From: a virus
Length of the DNA: 64,000 nucleotides
Virus record (IMG/VR): IMGVR_UViG_3300044637_000586
Span: 2,834-66,833 of that record
Reading direction: 5' to 3' (one strand)
In this document: piece by piece, positions 29,401 to 38,095 of the stretch
Layout of the letters: each line of letters opens with the position of its first letter
Numbering within the stretch: the first letter of the stretch is position 1
Notes under the pieces: model-generated
What the model was told of the DNA's origin: nothing
The model's database searches: none
What the model saw: only the letters and a program-made list of their open reading frames with translations
Position numbers and translations under genes: made by a program

Positions 29401-31309
29401 GAGACATCTTGTGGGTATTGATGGCTTCCTCGTATGCGTCAGCTTCTGTTACAAGCCATGACGTTGCGAACGTAGCCCCATACTGAGCCATCTTAGATGC
29501 CCCTGCAAACGTGCCGCCTAAGGCGAATGTGGCAAGTGAAGCCAGCGCGTTACCTCCTAGCGAGGTCAAGTATTGGATGTTTGATTCTGATTCAATCGTC
29601 GGGAAGTCTACCCTCTTTTCCATGCGGTAGTTTTCCAGTCCGTCATAAATCTCGTCAAGGAAGTTGTATTCAGTATTCCCGGTCACAAGATCTTCAACTA
29701 TCTTGGGTATTTCCAAGACGTTGATGGCCATGTTTCCGATCCCGGCGGCAAACGTATTTGCAAGTTCGCCCGGGGCGTATATCATCTTCATCATCGGAGA
29801 AGCGTTGTCCCACCTCTGCTTTCCAGCCTCCTGCTCCTTCTCGATTCGATCCTTTAATGTCTTGTATTCGGAATAGTAATTTATGTTATCCTGGTTTAAA
29901 GCACCAAGTACCTTGAGTGATAAAGCGGACTGACCAAGAGAGTTATACGCAGTCTTAGCCTGATCAAGCTTAGCTACGTTCTCGTCGGTCATCCTTGAAC
30001 GAACCTTGAGGTCTTCGTAGTCAGATTGTAACTTGTTGCTACGCTCTTGTAGCTTGCTGAAATCTGGGTAGTTCGCCCTGTATGCGTTGTATTCGTCCTT
30101 ATACTCTTGGCTGATTCTATTGAACTCAGCCTCGTAGTCCTCACGCTTCATGGTGGAGGACTTCGCATTCAGATCCTGGATGGCCTTATTAAATTCAGCA
30201 TCTCTTTGATTCCATGAAGCGAACGACTCCTTTGCCTTTTGCTCGAGTCTCTTGTATTCGGCATCTATCGCTGAACGCTCTTGATTCAACGCGATAACCC
30301 CGGCGTCAAACAGGCGGGAGTCAATTGAAGCCTCTATCTTAGAATATTCGTTGATTCCTGACTTTTGCTTGTCGTAGTTCCTCTTGATTGCGGCCATCTT
30401 CAACTGAATAGCCCTGGTCTCCATAGAGTTTAACCACTCTTCGTTCTTGGCGCTTCTGTCTGTGCTTGACTTTAGTTGAGAGTATTTATTAAACTCAGCC
30501 TCACCTATTTCGGGTCTCGTCTTCTTCATGTAGTCGAAATAGTCGTCCATCAAAGCGGAAACCATCTCGCCTCTCTTGCCTTCTTTCTCAATAGTGGTTC
30601 CGTTGGGAACCTCTCTTTCACCAAGAGCAATTTGAAGATCCGTTAAATCAGTCGGGGCAACAGTAAAGTATGGGAAAAACTTATCCGACTTGTTGCCGGC
30701 ATTGTTCATGTAGCTGTCTATCTCCTCGCCAAACTGAGCTTCGTATTCATTGGCTATCCTCTTATCTATATCCTCTTTTGTCAGAATGTTTACACCCTGA
30801 TCCTCAAGAGCCTTTTGACTTTTCTCAAACGCGGCCTGGTTGACCTTTTTAATAGCTTCCTCTGATGCGAAATCAGTTCCCTTTTCTTTGGATACAGAAG
30901 CCAACGGGGATTGAACGAATTTACCCTGCTCTATTTTCTTCTCGACTTCTTTTATAGCCTTAATAGGCTGAGGAATCTGCGCCTGTGTTGTCTCAGACGG
31001 CATCTCCTCTCTACGAAACGTAATGTCCTGCTGCTTCTTTTGGGGCTCTTTCTTCACCCCTTTCATTACCGGCTCCCCGCTAACGAGGGTTTCGGTCATT
31101 ACTTTCTGGCCAAAACTCGGCGCAGAAGGCTTTGTAGGCTGCCCTTGAGGCGAACCAGAAACGGGTTGCCCACCCCCTTTTTTTTTTAACCCAGAGATAA
31201 ACGCGTCGCGAAACTTGCGAAGATCATCTTTGCTTGCGCCAGTGCCTGCGTATTTAACAAGCCCTTGTTTTAGCTTTTCTTTTTCGTCCGGAGTTAATCC
31301 TACTGGCAT
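23459..31309 (-). CDS. giant polyvalent ejection/cargo protein with ART-like and RadC/JAB domains
   Basis: 2616 aa; LYRG..YFT..E ART-like segment; VHNHPSG...SNAD JAB motif; Gly/Ala hydrophobic segments near aa 580-660. Confidence 0.75.
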   Translation of the reverse strand: MPVGLTPDEKEKLKQGLVKYAGTGASKDDLRKFRDAFISGLKKKGGGQPVSGSPQGQPTKPSAPSFGQKVMTETLVSGEPVMKGVKKEPQKKQQDITFRREEMPSETTQAQIPQPIKAIKEVEKKIEQGKFVQSPLASVSKEKGTDFASEEAIKKVNQAAFEKSQKALEDQGVNILTKEDIDKRIANEYEAQFGEEIDSYMNNAGNKSDKFFPYFTVAPTDLTDLQIALGEREVPNGTTIEKEGKRGEMVSALMDDYFDYMKKTRPEIGEAEFNKYSQLKSSTDRSAKNEEWLNSMETRAIQLKMAAIKRNYDKQKSGINEYSKIEASIDSRLFDAGVIALNQERSAIDAEYKRLEQKAKESFASWNQRDAEFNKAIQDLNAKSSTMKREDYEAEFNRISQEYKDEYNAYRANYPDFSKLQERSNKLQSDYEDLKVRSRMTDENVAKLDQAKTAYNSLGQSALSLKVLGALNQDNINYYSEYKTLKDRIEKEQEAGKQRWDNASPMMKMIYAPGELANTFAAGIGNMAINVLEIPKIVEDLVTGNTEYNFLDEIYDGLENYRMEKRVDFPTIESESNIQYLTSLGGNALASLATFALGGTFAGASKMAQYGATFATSWLVTEADAYEEAINTHKMSPRQAAAASTATAIAVSLAEGLIPDVKYFEPSVFRKSVLNDLANGKSLSQAFRDSFAESSASYLKSGLKEAGEEVTQQKVDNATKEIINYLGETEYFKDLNSGRGYKDAALSGLIGGKAGNFFRRPVGASNFAEDVMLEAAENADGIIAASTNSADVAKVKQDLKGPREDFQALSAHPNWKNLPRPKQARAFGITQQIRTLEEGGLKDPITNAQIERLKNEREEILMLGENGIDAKSVGTSTTPQRVKVGDEYASFFINEDGDYEIEYNNGRSVIIEKGEGVAEKIREMGIETDEGIVGEMNIENQNTLITPTLEKGATINYAGKNATLNNYAEKNGKIVSVNITTEDGRTLQIREGQQGNSKQLLENLNSLKYDKENQIRVSGEVGVGQEPVEAKPVEAPSKEEAPASGVLQAQEEVVPEIAPEEVEANMKPITDEMANVEMEFGNNGFSIDWDYDNEIIITDNKTGEIVDAEELPEKLLPLAAQYEKATAGLAGYDFESYRKSLDQSRKDVGGIETEFEEVKPAALPEKTEPAKPSRKERLAGLFKGEEKPAEKPVEEKPTRKGKIASLFETEAEPTETKPAQAQKAKPFANIKNLFKKGFGGKRVSEREAFSLNKELNALIDRAEKENGVQRDDLKLATWKTNDGYTITEFFENKRGGTRVVTPEGEEINFFDNKYKNETGKEISYFPEAGKVATEEETAPSAPAPVKEKKLKSANQFKVGEIIKGENDWAPHYEVLGPGKKGFTRVKNLTENAMQGRIEEFANVYEGFEAVPPLNYEKSYGLFKQMFDYYNTFRKNNPDALVGDGYEYAANKMVEEQGITREVADFLENQIQYMGEGFVDSIEKFKSYRASSSFALRIDSMLNRTSEKDGKRLSNFGKGDIVYRNYNGRYEEYTIEDTSKSIWKLVSPDGTTSDWNAENNGGFLIKDFAPETDIEEAEEEPSSVEQREIEEGSKILADKQQVWDHINDEVLKRMGYESPMEMSEEDLAIQAYLVKKGMEEYEAGSLKLVDDADKLIQETLENPPSDLKKTTNDAVNELITKKNRYNKIPKSRKPMGANLLSQIKDEAERLGFTVVNVKGGNISLTSKESGKVVARRDVDRKFNKERNDNLKEAKSMAQDSLLGLRASILLYFLRGGKVMTSQSELAGKAEIAAAKKVGFISDNGRSVDLIALEDLPELGGIVLDEQDAVNEVLDVLASFENKSQMEDELIEMRNKLVNDMDEAAKYEYESQMRDAIRNNDLGNLSEDELIEYYESLSEDEKVKTIEDYEKFYKEIEREQPEQGRQGGYGISPSEGATQEAQEPQAGYEGQNVKDFYYSVPGLSKIGTLQQYASYLNTIFPNSKVKEILYRGYRSQGDKGKYFTPNKDYTRTFGSLRKAVVVNAENLLDLRDYDIEMDEGLIKNTGRDVEIENLWVEKDVDIVDLIEKADAIVGIDSGMDEVAYYIKNETFELGTKQDLEAFEKFVTTTKSKTTDGPNEGLTRTDTAAGPIVSESGNIPYSEPDGVRGQSVRDGGVGNTVKAVWNKYKQIKFNGSVKVKDAEDVAHIMRKLEDKSVEHAFAVHVDKSGKAHIQFLGMGGPTATVVDPRLVLSGVKKFKSKKVYLVHNHPSGALVASNADIKLTEDVVQMLQPLDIEVEHVIMDTYKKEYVHLTWPYDLSIVKKRNIDKEYQEEYNKNLKVEVMDEQQILSEPVVAISGSQDVSTFLMQTRFTALPKHGMLLLNNSGQIIGNYIFKKGFDYKEVVSFIGESATAAGVIFYSNQDQYKSGVKPMTRSLQSASIRVLDYVVVNSDSEGVKGYYESYADQNKLNETQAEYGTNSIPNELREPTPRTNAEIQSLMENAADAVEQAIQSGTSPQVAVNNIVGGQDWYNGLTSKLKEQFDEILQDEFGATPKVQPKAQPKAKTPKAEKPSGVKSSISELVDNYYKLKDKTPGARDAIDEILGRDPKLKYIYDNIPKINKRLQEAGVITNKTDGCP
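24835..24972 (-). CDS. nested +1-frame ORF, 45 aa
   Basis: MDQTKDLQEQTQPPARLYPKAEIYRIVSQMEYGGKVYEMEESVIQ; A-rich leader ACAAAAAGCAAAACAACCG-ATG. Confidence 0.45.
   Translation of the reverse strand: MDQTKDLQEQTQPPARLYPKAEIYRIVSQMEYGGKVYEMEESVIQ
25456..25590 (-). CDS. nested +1-frame ORF, 44 aa, basic helical
   Basis: MKNSTKKLNVNNLSKEDKAVMALVHLKELRKKLKNPKQVTRGKM; leader AAAAACAATAGAAGATT-ATG. Confidence 0.5.
   Translation of the reverse strand: MKNSTKKLNVNNLSKEDKAVMALVHLKELRKKLKNPKQVTRGKM
28150..28284 (-). CDS. nested +1-frame ORF, 44 aa, small basic phage protein
   Basis: MIKKTKSGYQVKSESGKNLSKPNLSKLQAKKRLQQVEFFKHKRK; leader AAACCTAAACTCATTAAAAT-ATG; resembles a stand-alone small phage protein family as I recall it. 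Confidence 0.7.
   Translation of the reverse strand: MIKKTKSGYQVKSESGKNLSKPNLSKLQAKKRLQQVEFFKHKRK
31173..31187 (-). other. A10G5 slippery run (candidate frameshift or transcriptional slippage site)
   Basis: TTA AAA AAA AAA GGG GG at codons 41-46 of the giant gene. Confidence 0.5.
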
Positions 31310-31312
31310 ATC

Positions 31313-32617
31313 TTACTGTTTATAAAGTTCTTTGAGCATTTCATTAGCCGCATCTTCGGGCGTTTGGCCGCCGCTTGAAGTGCCGGTAGACACCGATCCG
31401 TTTCTAGTTTCAAACTCTACCCTTGGATCGAATCCGTCCAAATATGATTTAAACTTTGGCTTGTTGTCTTCATAGCTAACCCATATTTCTTTTGGCTCGC
31501 CTGTTGCCTCGTCCAAAACAGGATCTCCCACACTGTCGAGCTCGTACCCTATTACGCTTACGTCGCCATTTTGAGCGTAAAAAAATCCGGTAGGTTTAAA
31601 TACAGGTATTGATCTATAGCCGTTTGTTTGCCCTCCCGCGATTCCGCTTAGTGGCGCCAACTCCTGATTATTTTTCGTAATTGCCATTCGGTTAAACCCA
31701 GGAGCAAAATATTCAATCGGCGCTCCTTCTTCAACTTCTATTGACAAGTCTCCCCATTTACCGCTTCCGTATTTAGGAGTGTCGTCTTTCTTTTTGGTTG
31801 TTGTACCGCTTTTTGTAACCGGCTTAGGCTTGCCTGGATTCATGTCGGTAAACATTGACGTAGCTTCTTCGTACAACTTAACATCGTCGTTTCCGTATCT
31901 TGGTAACAAGGCTTCATGGTCACCCATGCCCACCTGGTCTTTGAAGTATATACCCAAAAGGTTCTTGAACTTTTCGGGATCCTTCTTGATCATGGTTCTG
32001 CCATTAACTTTGATTTCCTCCTCCTCCATCAAGTCATCTATCTTCTCAACTACATCAACTAGATTCACGTTGTTTTTAAAGATGCTGTTTGATTGAGCGT
32101 ATCGAAGTCTTTCCTCCGGGGTAATGTCGTCGCGCATAAACTCCTGAGCCCATGTAGCTGCGTGGCCTTGGTCGTATTTAGTTGGGTTCTTGTCTACCTC
32201 AGGCTTGTCTTTCTCCCAAATCTTCGCGTTTACTTTGGCTGCGTTTGTCTGTCTTTTGATTTCGCGAACCATTTCATCAACTTTCTTTTGCTCATCCAGC
32301 GGTAAATTTCGAGGATCTATTTTGGGATTGAGCTTCAACTTCTTCATGTACTCTTTGTACTCAGTTACTTTTTCTTGAATCTTGGGCAAGTCAACATTCC
32401 ATACGTCTGGATCCTCCATATTGAAGTCTTGCCATGCCTGCATCTTGGCTTGCTGGTCCTTCTTCCTTTCAGCCTCGTATGAACGGATGTCCTGTAAACC
32501 CTGGTTTACTATGTTCAAGGTTTCTCCTAACCCCTCTGAATACGCCGCGCCACGGTTAGACCCTGGCATATCTCCGGCGGCCCCTGTATAGACTATTGCT
32601 GCGCTTGGTACTCCCAT
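31313..32617 (-). CDS. internal virion/ejection protein
   Basis: 434 aa, Cys-free, between the pilot-like and giant cargo genes. Confidence 0.6.
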   Translation of the reverse strand: MGVPSAAIVYTGAAGDMPGSNRGAAYSEGLGETLNIVNQGLQDIRSYEAERKKDQQAKMQAWQDFNMEDPDVWNVDLPKIQEKVTEYKEYMKKLKLNPKIDPRNLPLDEQKKVDEMVREIKRQTNAAKVNAKIWEKDKPEVDKNPTKYDQGHAATWAQEFMRDDITPEERLRYAQSNSIFKNNVNLVDVVEKIDDLMEEEEIKVNGRTMIKKDPEKFKNLLGIYFKDQVGMGDHEALLPRYGNDDVKLYEEATSMFTDMNPGKPKPVTKSGTTTKKKDDTPKYGSGKWGDLSIEVEEGAPIEYFAPGFNRMAITKNNQELAPLSGIAGGQTNGYRSIPVFKPTGFFYAQNGDVSVIGYELDSVGDPVLDEATGEPKEIWVSYEDNKPKFKSYLDGFDPRVEFETRNGSVSTGTSSGGQTPEDAANEMLKELYKQ

Positions 32618-32628
32618 CTCGATTGTTT

Positions 32629-33246
32629 TTATGCGGGGGTTGAATAATCCCCAATATTGCTATATCCTCCTGCTGCCGATCCAAACTGCCCGGCGACCTG
32701 GCCTGCTTTTGCAAAAGCGTCAAACGTGTTGTTTGATTCTTGGTATCTCTTTTCGCGCAATGCGGAAATGGCGGCAGACGTTCTCAAGAATGGGTTGAGT
32801 TGATTCTCTCTGTACATCTCATCTCTGTACCCACCAATTTGCGCTGACAAGTTAGAAAGACCCTGCATCTTCTGTCTTTCGGCGTCCGCTTTATAATTAG
32901 CGGCATTGAAAGCTAATTCTAATCCACCCTGCATTCTTTGTTGGCCGAGCGTGGTTGCGGCAGCCATCACGTCGGTTGAGTTTTGGGCCGCGCCACTAGC
33001 AAAGCCCAGGGACTGCCCCATAGCTGTGTCCATGCCGTATTCGGCCGCCTTTTGGCCTGGCATATCCGTTCTTTGCCCCAGCTGTCTGCCGTATGTAGCC
33101 ATAAGCTCTTGTGGAAGCTCGTACTTTGGCTCCTTGAGTCCTGCTTGAAGCTTTTTAATCTCCTTTTTTGCACGATTGGCACGGACGGCGCTTTGGATAC
33201 CTTTTCCAACCGCTACTCCACCTGCTACTGCTAATATTACCGGCAT
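32629..33246 (-). CDS. small ejection/pilot-like protein (T7 gp14-like position)
   Basis: Gly/Ala hydrophobic N-terminus followed by Gln/Ala-rich helices. Confidence 0.6.
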   Translation of the reverse strand: MPVILAVAGGVAVGKGIQSAVRANRAKKEIKKLQAGLKEPKYELPQELMATYGRQLGQRTDMPGQKAAEYGMDTAMGQSLGFASGAAQNSTDVMAAATTLGQQRMQGGLELAFNAANYKADAERQKMQGLSNLSAQIGGYRDEMYRENQLNPFLRTSAAISALREKRYQESNNTFDAFAKAGQVAGQFGSAAGGYSNIGDYSTPA

Positions 33247-33671
33247 GACTTATATCTTAGTTTAACAACATTGTCTATATTGCAATCTTCCCTTTCCATC
33301 CCACACTTCTCAAACCACTTTATCGCTCTCTGGTTTCTTTCCCACATATAGGTCACGAATCCGTTACCCATCCATTTTTTCATGTCACCAAATAAAGACA
33401 TCAAAAAATCTTTGTTCCTGTACTCTTTGTTGACGCCAAAACTAACAAGCACTTCCCCAAAATAGTAAACAAAACCAATTTCCTTCTCCCCGTCTTTTAA
33501 AACCTCAAACGTGCCGTCTACCACATCTTCATACACCAGCAGCTTCCCGTATGCGTCAGAGCTTACTCCTTCCGGCGTAGGTGTCTCGTTGCTGGGATCA
33601 CAATAATTTTTTATATCGTCATCCCCATCAAAAGCCGCATAAATAGCACTGTAGGATATTTTAGTATCCAT
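33237..33671 (-). CDS. GNAT-fold acetyltransferase-like protein
   Basis: SFGVNKEYR and NQRAIKWFEKCGM motifs; start moved to ATG 33671 behind a TAAATTTG box (33678-33685). Confidence 0.65.
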   Translation of the reverse strand: MDTKISYSAIYAAFDGDDDIKNYCDPSNETPTPEGVSSDAYGKLLVYEDVVDGTFEVLKDGEKEIGFVYYFGEVLVSFGVNKEYRNKDFLMSLFGDMKKWMGNGFVTYMWERNQRAIKWFEKCGMEREDCNIDNVVKLRYKSCR

Positions 33672-33682
33672 TAGTGGCAAAT

Positions 33683-36600
33683 TTATGATAAAACGCCCTT
33701 GATTCCAACTGATACCAGGATAGAAGATGTATTATTAATTGTGGGGTCGTACTCTAATGTGTGAGTCAAAGCGTTAGCCCTGATATCCTGCCCGTTACAC
33801 AGCGCTCGCTCTGTAAAATAATACGTCCCAATCACGCCAATCGTGCTTGGTTCAGCGCCAACTAAAGTGATTGTCGTGATGTCTAGCAACGGATCGTATA
33901 CAGCGGTACTAACCTGCCCTGTATAAATGTTGCCATCGTCTTGAAATATGGTAATGCTATCAGGAAATATTGGAGGTATGGCTAGTGGATCATTCAGTAA
34001 ACCGGTTTGATCTCCAGGAATCACCCATCCATTTATCGGATTTGTTGGGGGGTCGTATGCTGTGGTTATCGTATTTGAATCAATCAAGAATTTAGGATCG
34101 TACAAATTCTTTCTGTAATTGACCTTGCCGTATCCCTCGTAAGTGCTGATTAAATCGGTTGGCATGATTGTCTTCATTCCCCGCGGATAGCTTCTATTAG
34201 GCTCCGACTCCGCTGTTATTGAGAATAGGTCATCAGAAACCAACGTGATGTCTTGGTATCGCTTGAGCATTAGCGGCTCTTCGTTTGATACAAACGACAC
34301 CTTTTGAGTAAACGGTTGACCGTGGAAGTTCCATTCATTAGGCTGATTGTGCAGGTATAATTGGTTGTCTATACCCCAGCCAACTAGGGTTTGCCCTAGG
34401 TTACAGAACTGTTGGAAGTTGTAATCATAAGTAGATCTCCACCTCATGTTTACGTAATCGAATACAACATGGTCGTAAGACAATCCATTTGTTGTGCGAT
34501 AGTAGCCGGGTTGTAAATAGTCGGCTACATCTGGCTCAACTCCATCAAGGGTGATAATAGTGCTATTCGATAACGGTTGATATTCGACCGAGTTTACTGT
34601 TCCGGAATAGGTGTTATCGGTTCCGGCAAAATAAATTATCATATCGTACCCATATAGATACTGGTAGTCGCCCGCAAACAATATGAAACCTTCTATGAGC
34701 TGACCAACGGCAGGGTTGAATATGCCTTGAATGTCTCCAGAATACGGTACGTCAAACCGAAATGCAAAACCAACCTCGCCTACGGATTCATTGACATAGG
34801 TACGAACAACAGGTGATGGGCTCGCATTGTATGCTGCCGCCAAAGCCTTTGTCTTTGTCCTAAACTTGTAATCCGCTTTTGTGTCTGGGTCAATTTCGCT
34901 TACCTGTATTTGACCATTAGCACCTGAGTACACGAATGTTCCTGCGTTGTTGTCAAAGTACATAGTGGTTCCATTCGGCAGAATCGCGGTAGCCCCAGCG
35001 TCCTCGCAGCCAAGCAGGCTCTTGTAGTCAAACCACGAAGCAAATGTTTTATTCGATACGCGAACCGTTGAGTCCGAGCCCACCTCGTTGGGGTAGTACT
35101 GAATATAAATAGAATTTTCTTTTTTAGGCTGTAGGCATTTAAGTGTCTTACCCTCCCGGCCTGACATATACGCTCTAACGACAGGGCCGAATACAGGATT
35201 CATGTCTTCAATGTTCTGGTTGTCCAGATTGAATGAAGAAAGACCATTGATCTGAGTACCTACAATAAATGAATTTGAGTGTATAGCGGTCGCTTGACGA
35301 TGAGTCATTCTAGCATTAACGTCTTCTATCCTTATTCTTCCCGTGTTATGAATGTCGCTACTCCAGTAATCAGAGTAGTGAGGGTCTTCCATGAAATAAT
35401 AAGCTTCCTCATCATTACCTCCAAGACCTGTGTTCCAGTTTCTTTTTCTTATGTATACGTCTCCGTAATTTATAGTAAAAACAGCAGGAGCAAACGAGGT
35501 TAAGTCATTTACAACTTGTCTTTGATATCCCAATGCAGCACTTCCATTGAACACCATGTAAATCATGCTTGCCGTTGGGGTTATGCCTACTAAGCTAAGA
35601 AATACTGTGAGGTTAGTTGATGGAAAATAAGTGGCGCTTACAACGTCTGTTATCCCAGTAGTTGTAGTGCCGTCATTATTGAAAATCGTATAGTTAAAGG
35701 TTTCTAGGATCAGCGACGTATGATCCCCACTCATAGTGAATCTGTAAGTTCCAGGTGCAAATATCTCTATTGGATATAGGTAATACAGCGGAGGAGCGTT
35801 GTGAGACCTATCTTCCGTGTGAGGGTTTCTTATTGATATGGCATCGGTAACATCTTTCCATAAAGAGATAAAAATATTACCCGTATCATCAGTTGACGGG
35901 CGAGGAGTGTAAATCTCAATCATCTGACCAAACACAAAACCTGAACTCTCAGGCGGATCCGGCTCGACTAGATTAATATCAAATAAGTTCGTGTACACAG
36001 CCGTTCTTCCATCGGTTCCCGTCGTGTCTATATCTATAATGTCTAGCTCCAAGTATCTTAGATACAAAGCGCCTACACCAAAAAGACTTTCCCTTACAAA
36101 CCTCAACTTGTCGCCTATCTTTATTTCGTGTTTTATAGTGGCCCCTAGGTTTTGATTTTCGTAATAGTTGTCAATATAGATTATGTACCTATTATTGGTA
36201 GCCGAGTCAAGCTTTATGGATTGGACAAACCCAGAACCTGCCGCGCCGCCGTCTTGCTTGTTGTTTGATATGTACTGACCAAAACTAAGGATCTCCGTGG
36301 CCGGTTTGGCAACAATCCAGTATTTAGTAGCCCAAACAGGCGGGATGTGATTGATAGTAATCCTTGGTGTTACCGTATAAGGGTCTCTATTGTCTGCAAA
36401 ACTAGATCTTGCGGGCTCGTCATAAAACCAAGGCACGAAAAGTTTTAATGAGTCTATAGTGTATACAGTACTGTCTCTATAAGCCCTATCTCCGTATACA
36501 ATACCAAACTCATGTGTTGCCCCGACCTTCAAGCTAGGTCTAGCGTCGGTTGTTCTGTTTTCTATAATGTTTCTAGAAAGCCCCCAGCCGGTTATGCCTG

Positions 36601-38095
36601 GTTGGGCTGGGTTTCTAAGAGCTTCATAAGTCATACCCTCGAATCCGAGCGCCGTAACGGCTCCTGGAACAATGAACCCACCAGGATACCATTGAGTTAC
36701 AAAAAAATCTCCTGCCGCCTGAAACACGTAAGCGTTCTGATCAAAAGTAGTCGCCTCATTAAGAGCGGTATTTACAACGCCTTCTGTGACGTAGTAATAC
36801 AAAAAATTATTCCTATACGCAACCGGATTTACCGTAGGTGGAGTTGAAAACGAAATAACCATTCCGGGTTCAAAAACAAAACGGTTATTCACATCTAGCG
36901 AGGGATTGGCGGCTGCGTTAAATGACATAAAAAAATCATTCGCAACAACACTTACCCTCCAAACATCTTCCAATGATTTAGGCTTCCATACCAATGCGTT
37001 TACGTCGTAACTCATTGACGCATTAACGATGAACGGAACCTCCGTAGGCTTATCGTAACCTTCTCTAAAGTTAACGTAAGTCAACTGGTTGGTTGGAAGA
37101 TACTCTTGGCAATCAGCCACTATGGGAAGTCGGTCGTAATTTTTTGCAAAATCAATTGCTGGCGCCGTTGCGGCGTCCCCGTAAAAGTTTACAAAAAAAA
37201 CATCATTGTCAGGCAGCGAATCTAGGTCTTTATCAAGCTGCAAGAATATTCCAAACGGAACCTCAACCCCTAAAGAGTCTCTGTCGAATTGCTGCACGGC
37301 AAGGTTGAACTTTCTAATTATAGAAGGTCCTGTATTAAACTGTATACTGATACCGTTGTCGTTATTCAAAAAAACCCAGTTGGTTCCCGACACAAGCTCT
37401 GATTGGTCTGGCAAACCAAGGCTTGAGTACATTGACCAAGCACCGGGCTCCCCGTTTTCATATATCGGTTGGATGATAAACTTAAAAAGCTTATTTCTTA
37501 GCTTGTTGTCATTCCTGGTTGTGTCAGTAAAATATGAGACTACCGGCGGTTCCATTGGCCATTTTACCGCGTCAATTGTCTGTAGAGTTATGGCGGGGTA
37601 AAAATTGTCAAGAGCTTTTTGAAGGTTAATTTGGTATGGTGGGTTAAACAGTCGCGTCCCGTCATCATCATACATCAACGGGTCCCATCGACCGTCAGTC
37701 CATTTAAAGATGTCGTCTATGACATTGGCGTGAAAGATTGGCCATTCGCGATCAAAGTTTAATTCAGGAGACTCAATGACAAGACTGTGTGTTTGATTCG
37801 TGATATCATACACCCAAATTTGATGGTTTAAATCAGCCTTATAAACACAGTAAACTATTGAATTTTGTTTAAGCCAGGGGGCTGCCCCCAGTATCTGATC
37901 CTGAATCTCTATGGGGTCTGGACCTGTGTTGGGTATAACCAACGTGCCATCAGAAGTTTCTACCGCGTAAGCATTGCCTGAGTTATAACCCAGTCGGCAA
38001 TATGAAAAATCACGATAATCACCCTTGGGCATACCCTGGGGCGTGTCGTCGGTATTTATACCGCCTTCAAAACTTATAGTCTCGTTAAAGGTCAT
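33683..38095 (-). CDS. tail muzzle/stabilisation (nozzle) protein
   Basis: 1470 aa beta-rich; N-terminal FEGGINTD..P...PKGDYRD; FGIVYGD and INGLSSF motifs; position after ring genes. Confidence 0.75.
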   Translation of the reverse strand: MTFNETISFEGGINTDDTPQGMPKGDYRDFSYCRLGYNSGNAYAVETSDGTLVIPNTGPDPIEIQDQILGAAPWLKQNSIVYCVYKADLNHQIWVYDITNQTHSLVIESPELNFDREWPIFHANVIDDIFKWTDGRWDPLMYDDDGTRLFNPPYQINLQKALDNFYPAITLQTIDAVKWPMEPPVVSYFTDTTRNDNKLRNKLFKFIIQPIYENGEPGAWSMYSSLGLPDQSELVSGTNWVFLNNDNGISIQFNTGPSIIRKFNLAVQQFDRDSLGVEVPFGIFLQLDKDLDSLPDNDVFFVNFYGDAATAPAIDFAKNYDRLPIVADCQEYLPTNQLTYVNFREGYDKPTEVPFIVNASMSYDVNALVWKPKSLEDVWRVSVVANDFFMSFNAAANPSLDVNNRFVFEPGMVISFSTPPTVNPVAYRNNFLYYYVTEGVVNTALNEATTFDQNAYVFQAAGDFFVTQWYPGGFIVPGAVTALGFEGMTYEALRNPAQPGITGWGLSRNIIENRTTDARPSLKVGATHEFGIVYGDRAYRDSTVYTIDSLKLFVPWFYDEPARSSFADNRDPYTVTPRITINHIPPVWATKYWIVAKPATEILSFGQYISNNKQDGGAAGSGFVQSIKLDSATNNRYIIYIDNYYENQNLGATIKHEIKIGDKLRFVRESLFGVGALYLRYLELDIIDIDTTGTDGRTAVYTNLFDINLVEPDPPESSGFVFGQMIEIYTPRPSTDDTGNIFISLWKDVTDAISIRNPHTEDRSHNAPPLYYLYPIEIFAPGTYRFTMSGDHTSLILETFNYTIFNNDGTTTTGITDVVSATYFPSTNLTVFLSLVGITPTASMIYMVFNGSAALGYQRQVVNDLTSFAPAVFTINYGDVYIRKRNWNTGLGGNDEEAYYFMEDPHYSDYWSSDIHNTGRIRIEDVNARMTHRQATAIHSNSFIVGTQINGLSSFNLDNQNIEDMNPVFGPVVRAYMSGREGKTLKCLQPKKENSIYIQYYPNEVGSDSTVRVSNKTFASWFDYKSLLGCEDAGATAILPNGTTMYFDNNAGTFVYSGANGQIQVSEIDPDTKADYKFRTKTKALAAAYNASPSPVVRTYVNESVGEVGFAFRFDVPYSGDIQGIFNPAVGQLIEGFILFAGDYQYLYGYDMIIYFAGTDNTYSGTVNSVEYQPLSNSTIITLDGVEPDVADYLQPGYYRTTNGLSYDHVVFDYVNMRWRSTYDYNFQQFCNLGQTLVGWGIDNQLYLHNQPNEWNFHGQPFTQKVSFVSNEEPLMLKRYQDITLVSDDLFSITAESEPNRSYPRGMKTIMPTDLISTYEGYGKVNYRKNLYDPKFLIDSNTITTAYDPPTNPINGWVIPGDQTGLLNDPLAIPPIFPDSITIFQDDGNIYTGQVSTAVYDPLLDITTITLVGAEPSTIGVIGTYYFTERALCNGQDIRANALTHTLEYDPTINNTSSILVSVGIKGVLS

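Noticed and set aside
31307-31315. The 434-aa gene is in frame with the giant gene (TAA GAT ATG), suggesting stop-codon readthrough
   Set aside because: TAA is rarely read through, in-frame spacing occurs one time in three by chance, and the downstream gene has its own ATG.
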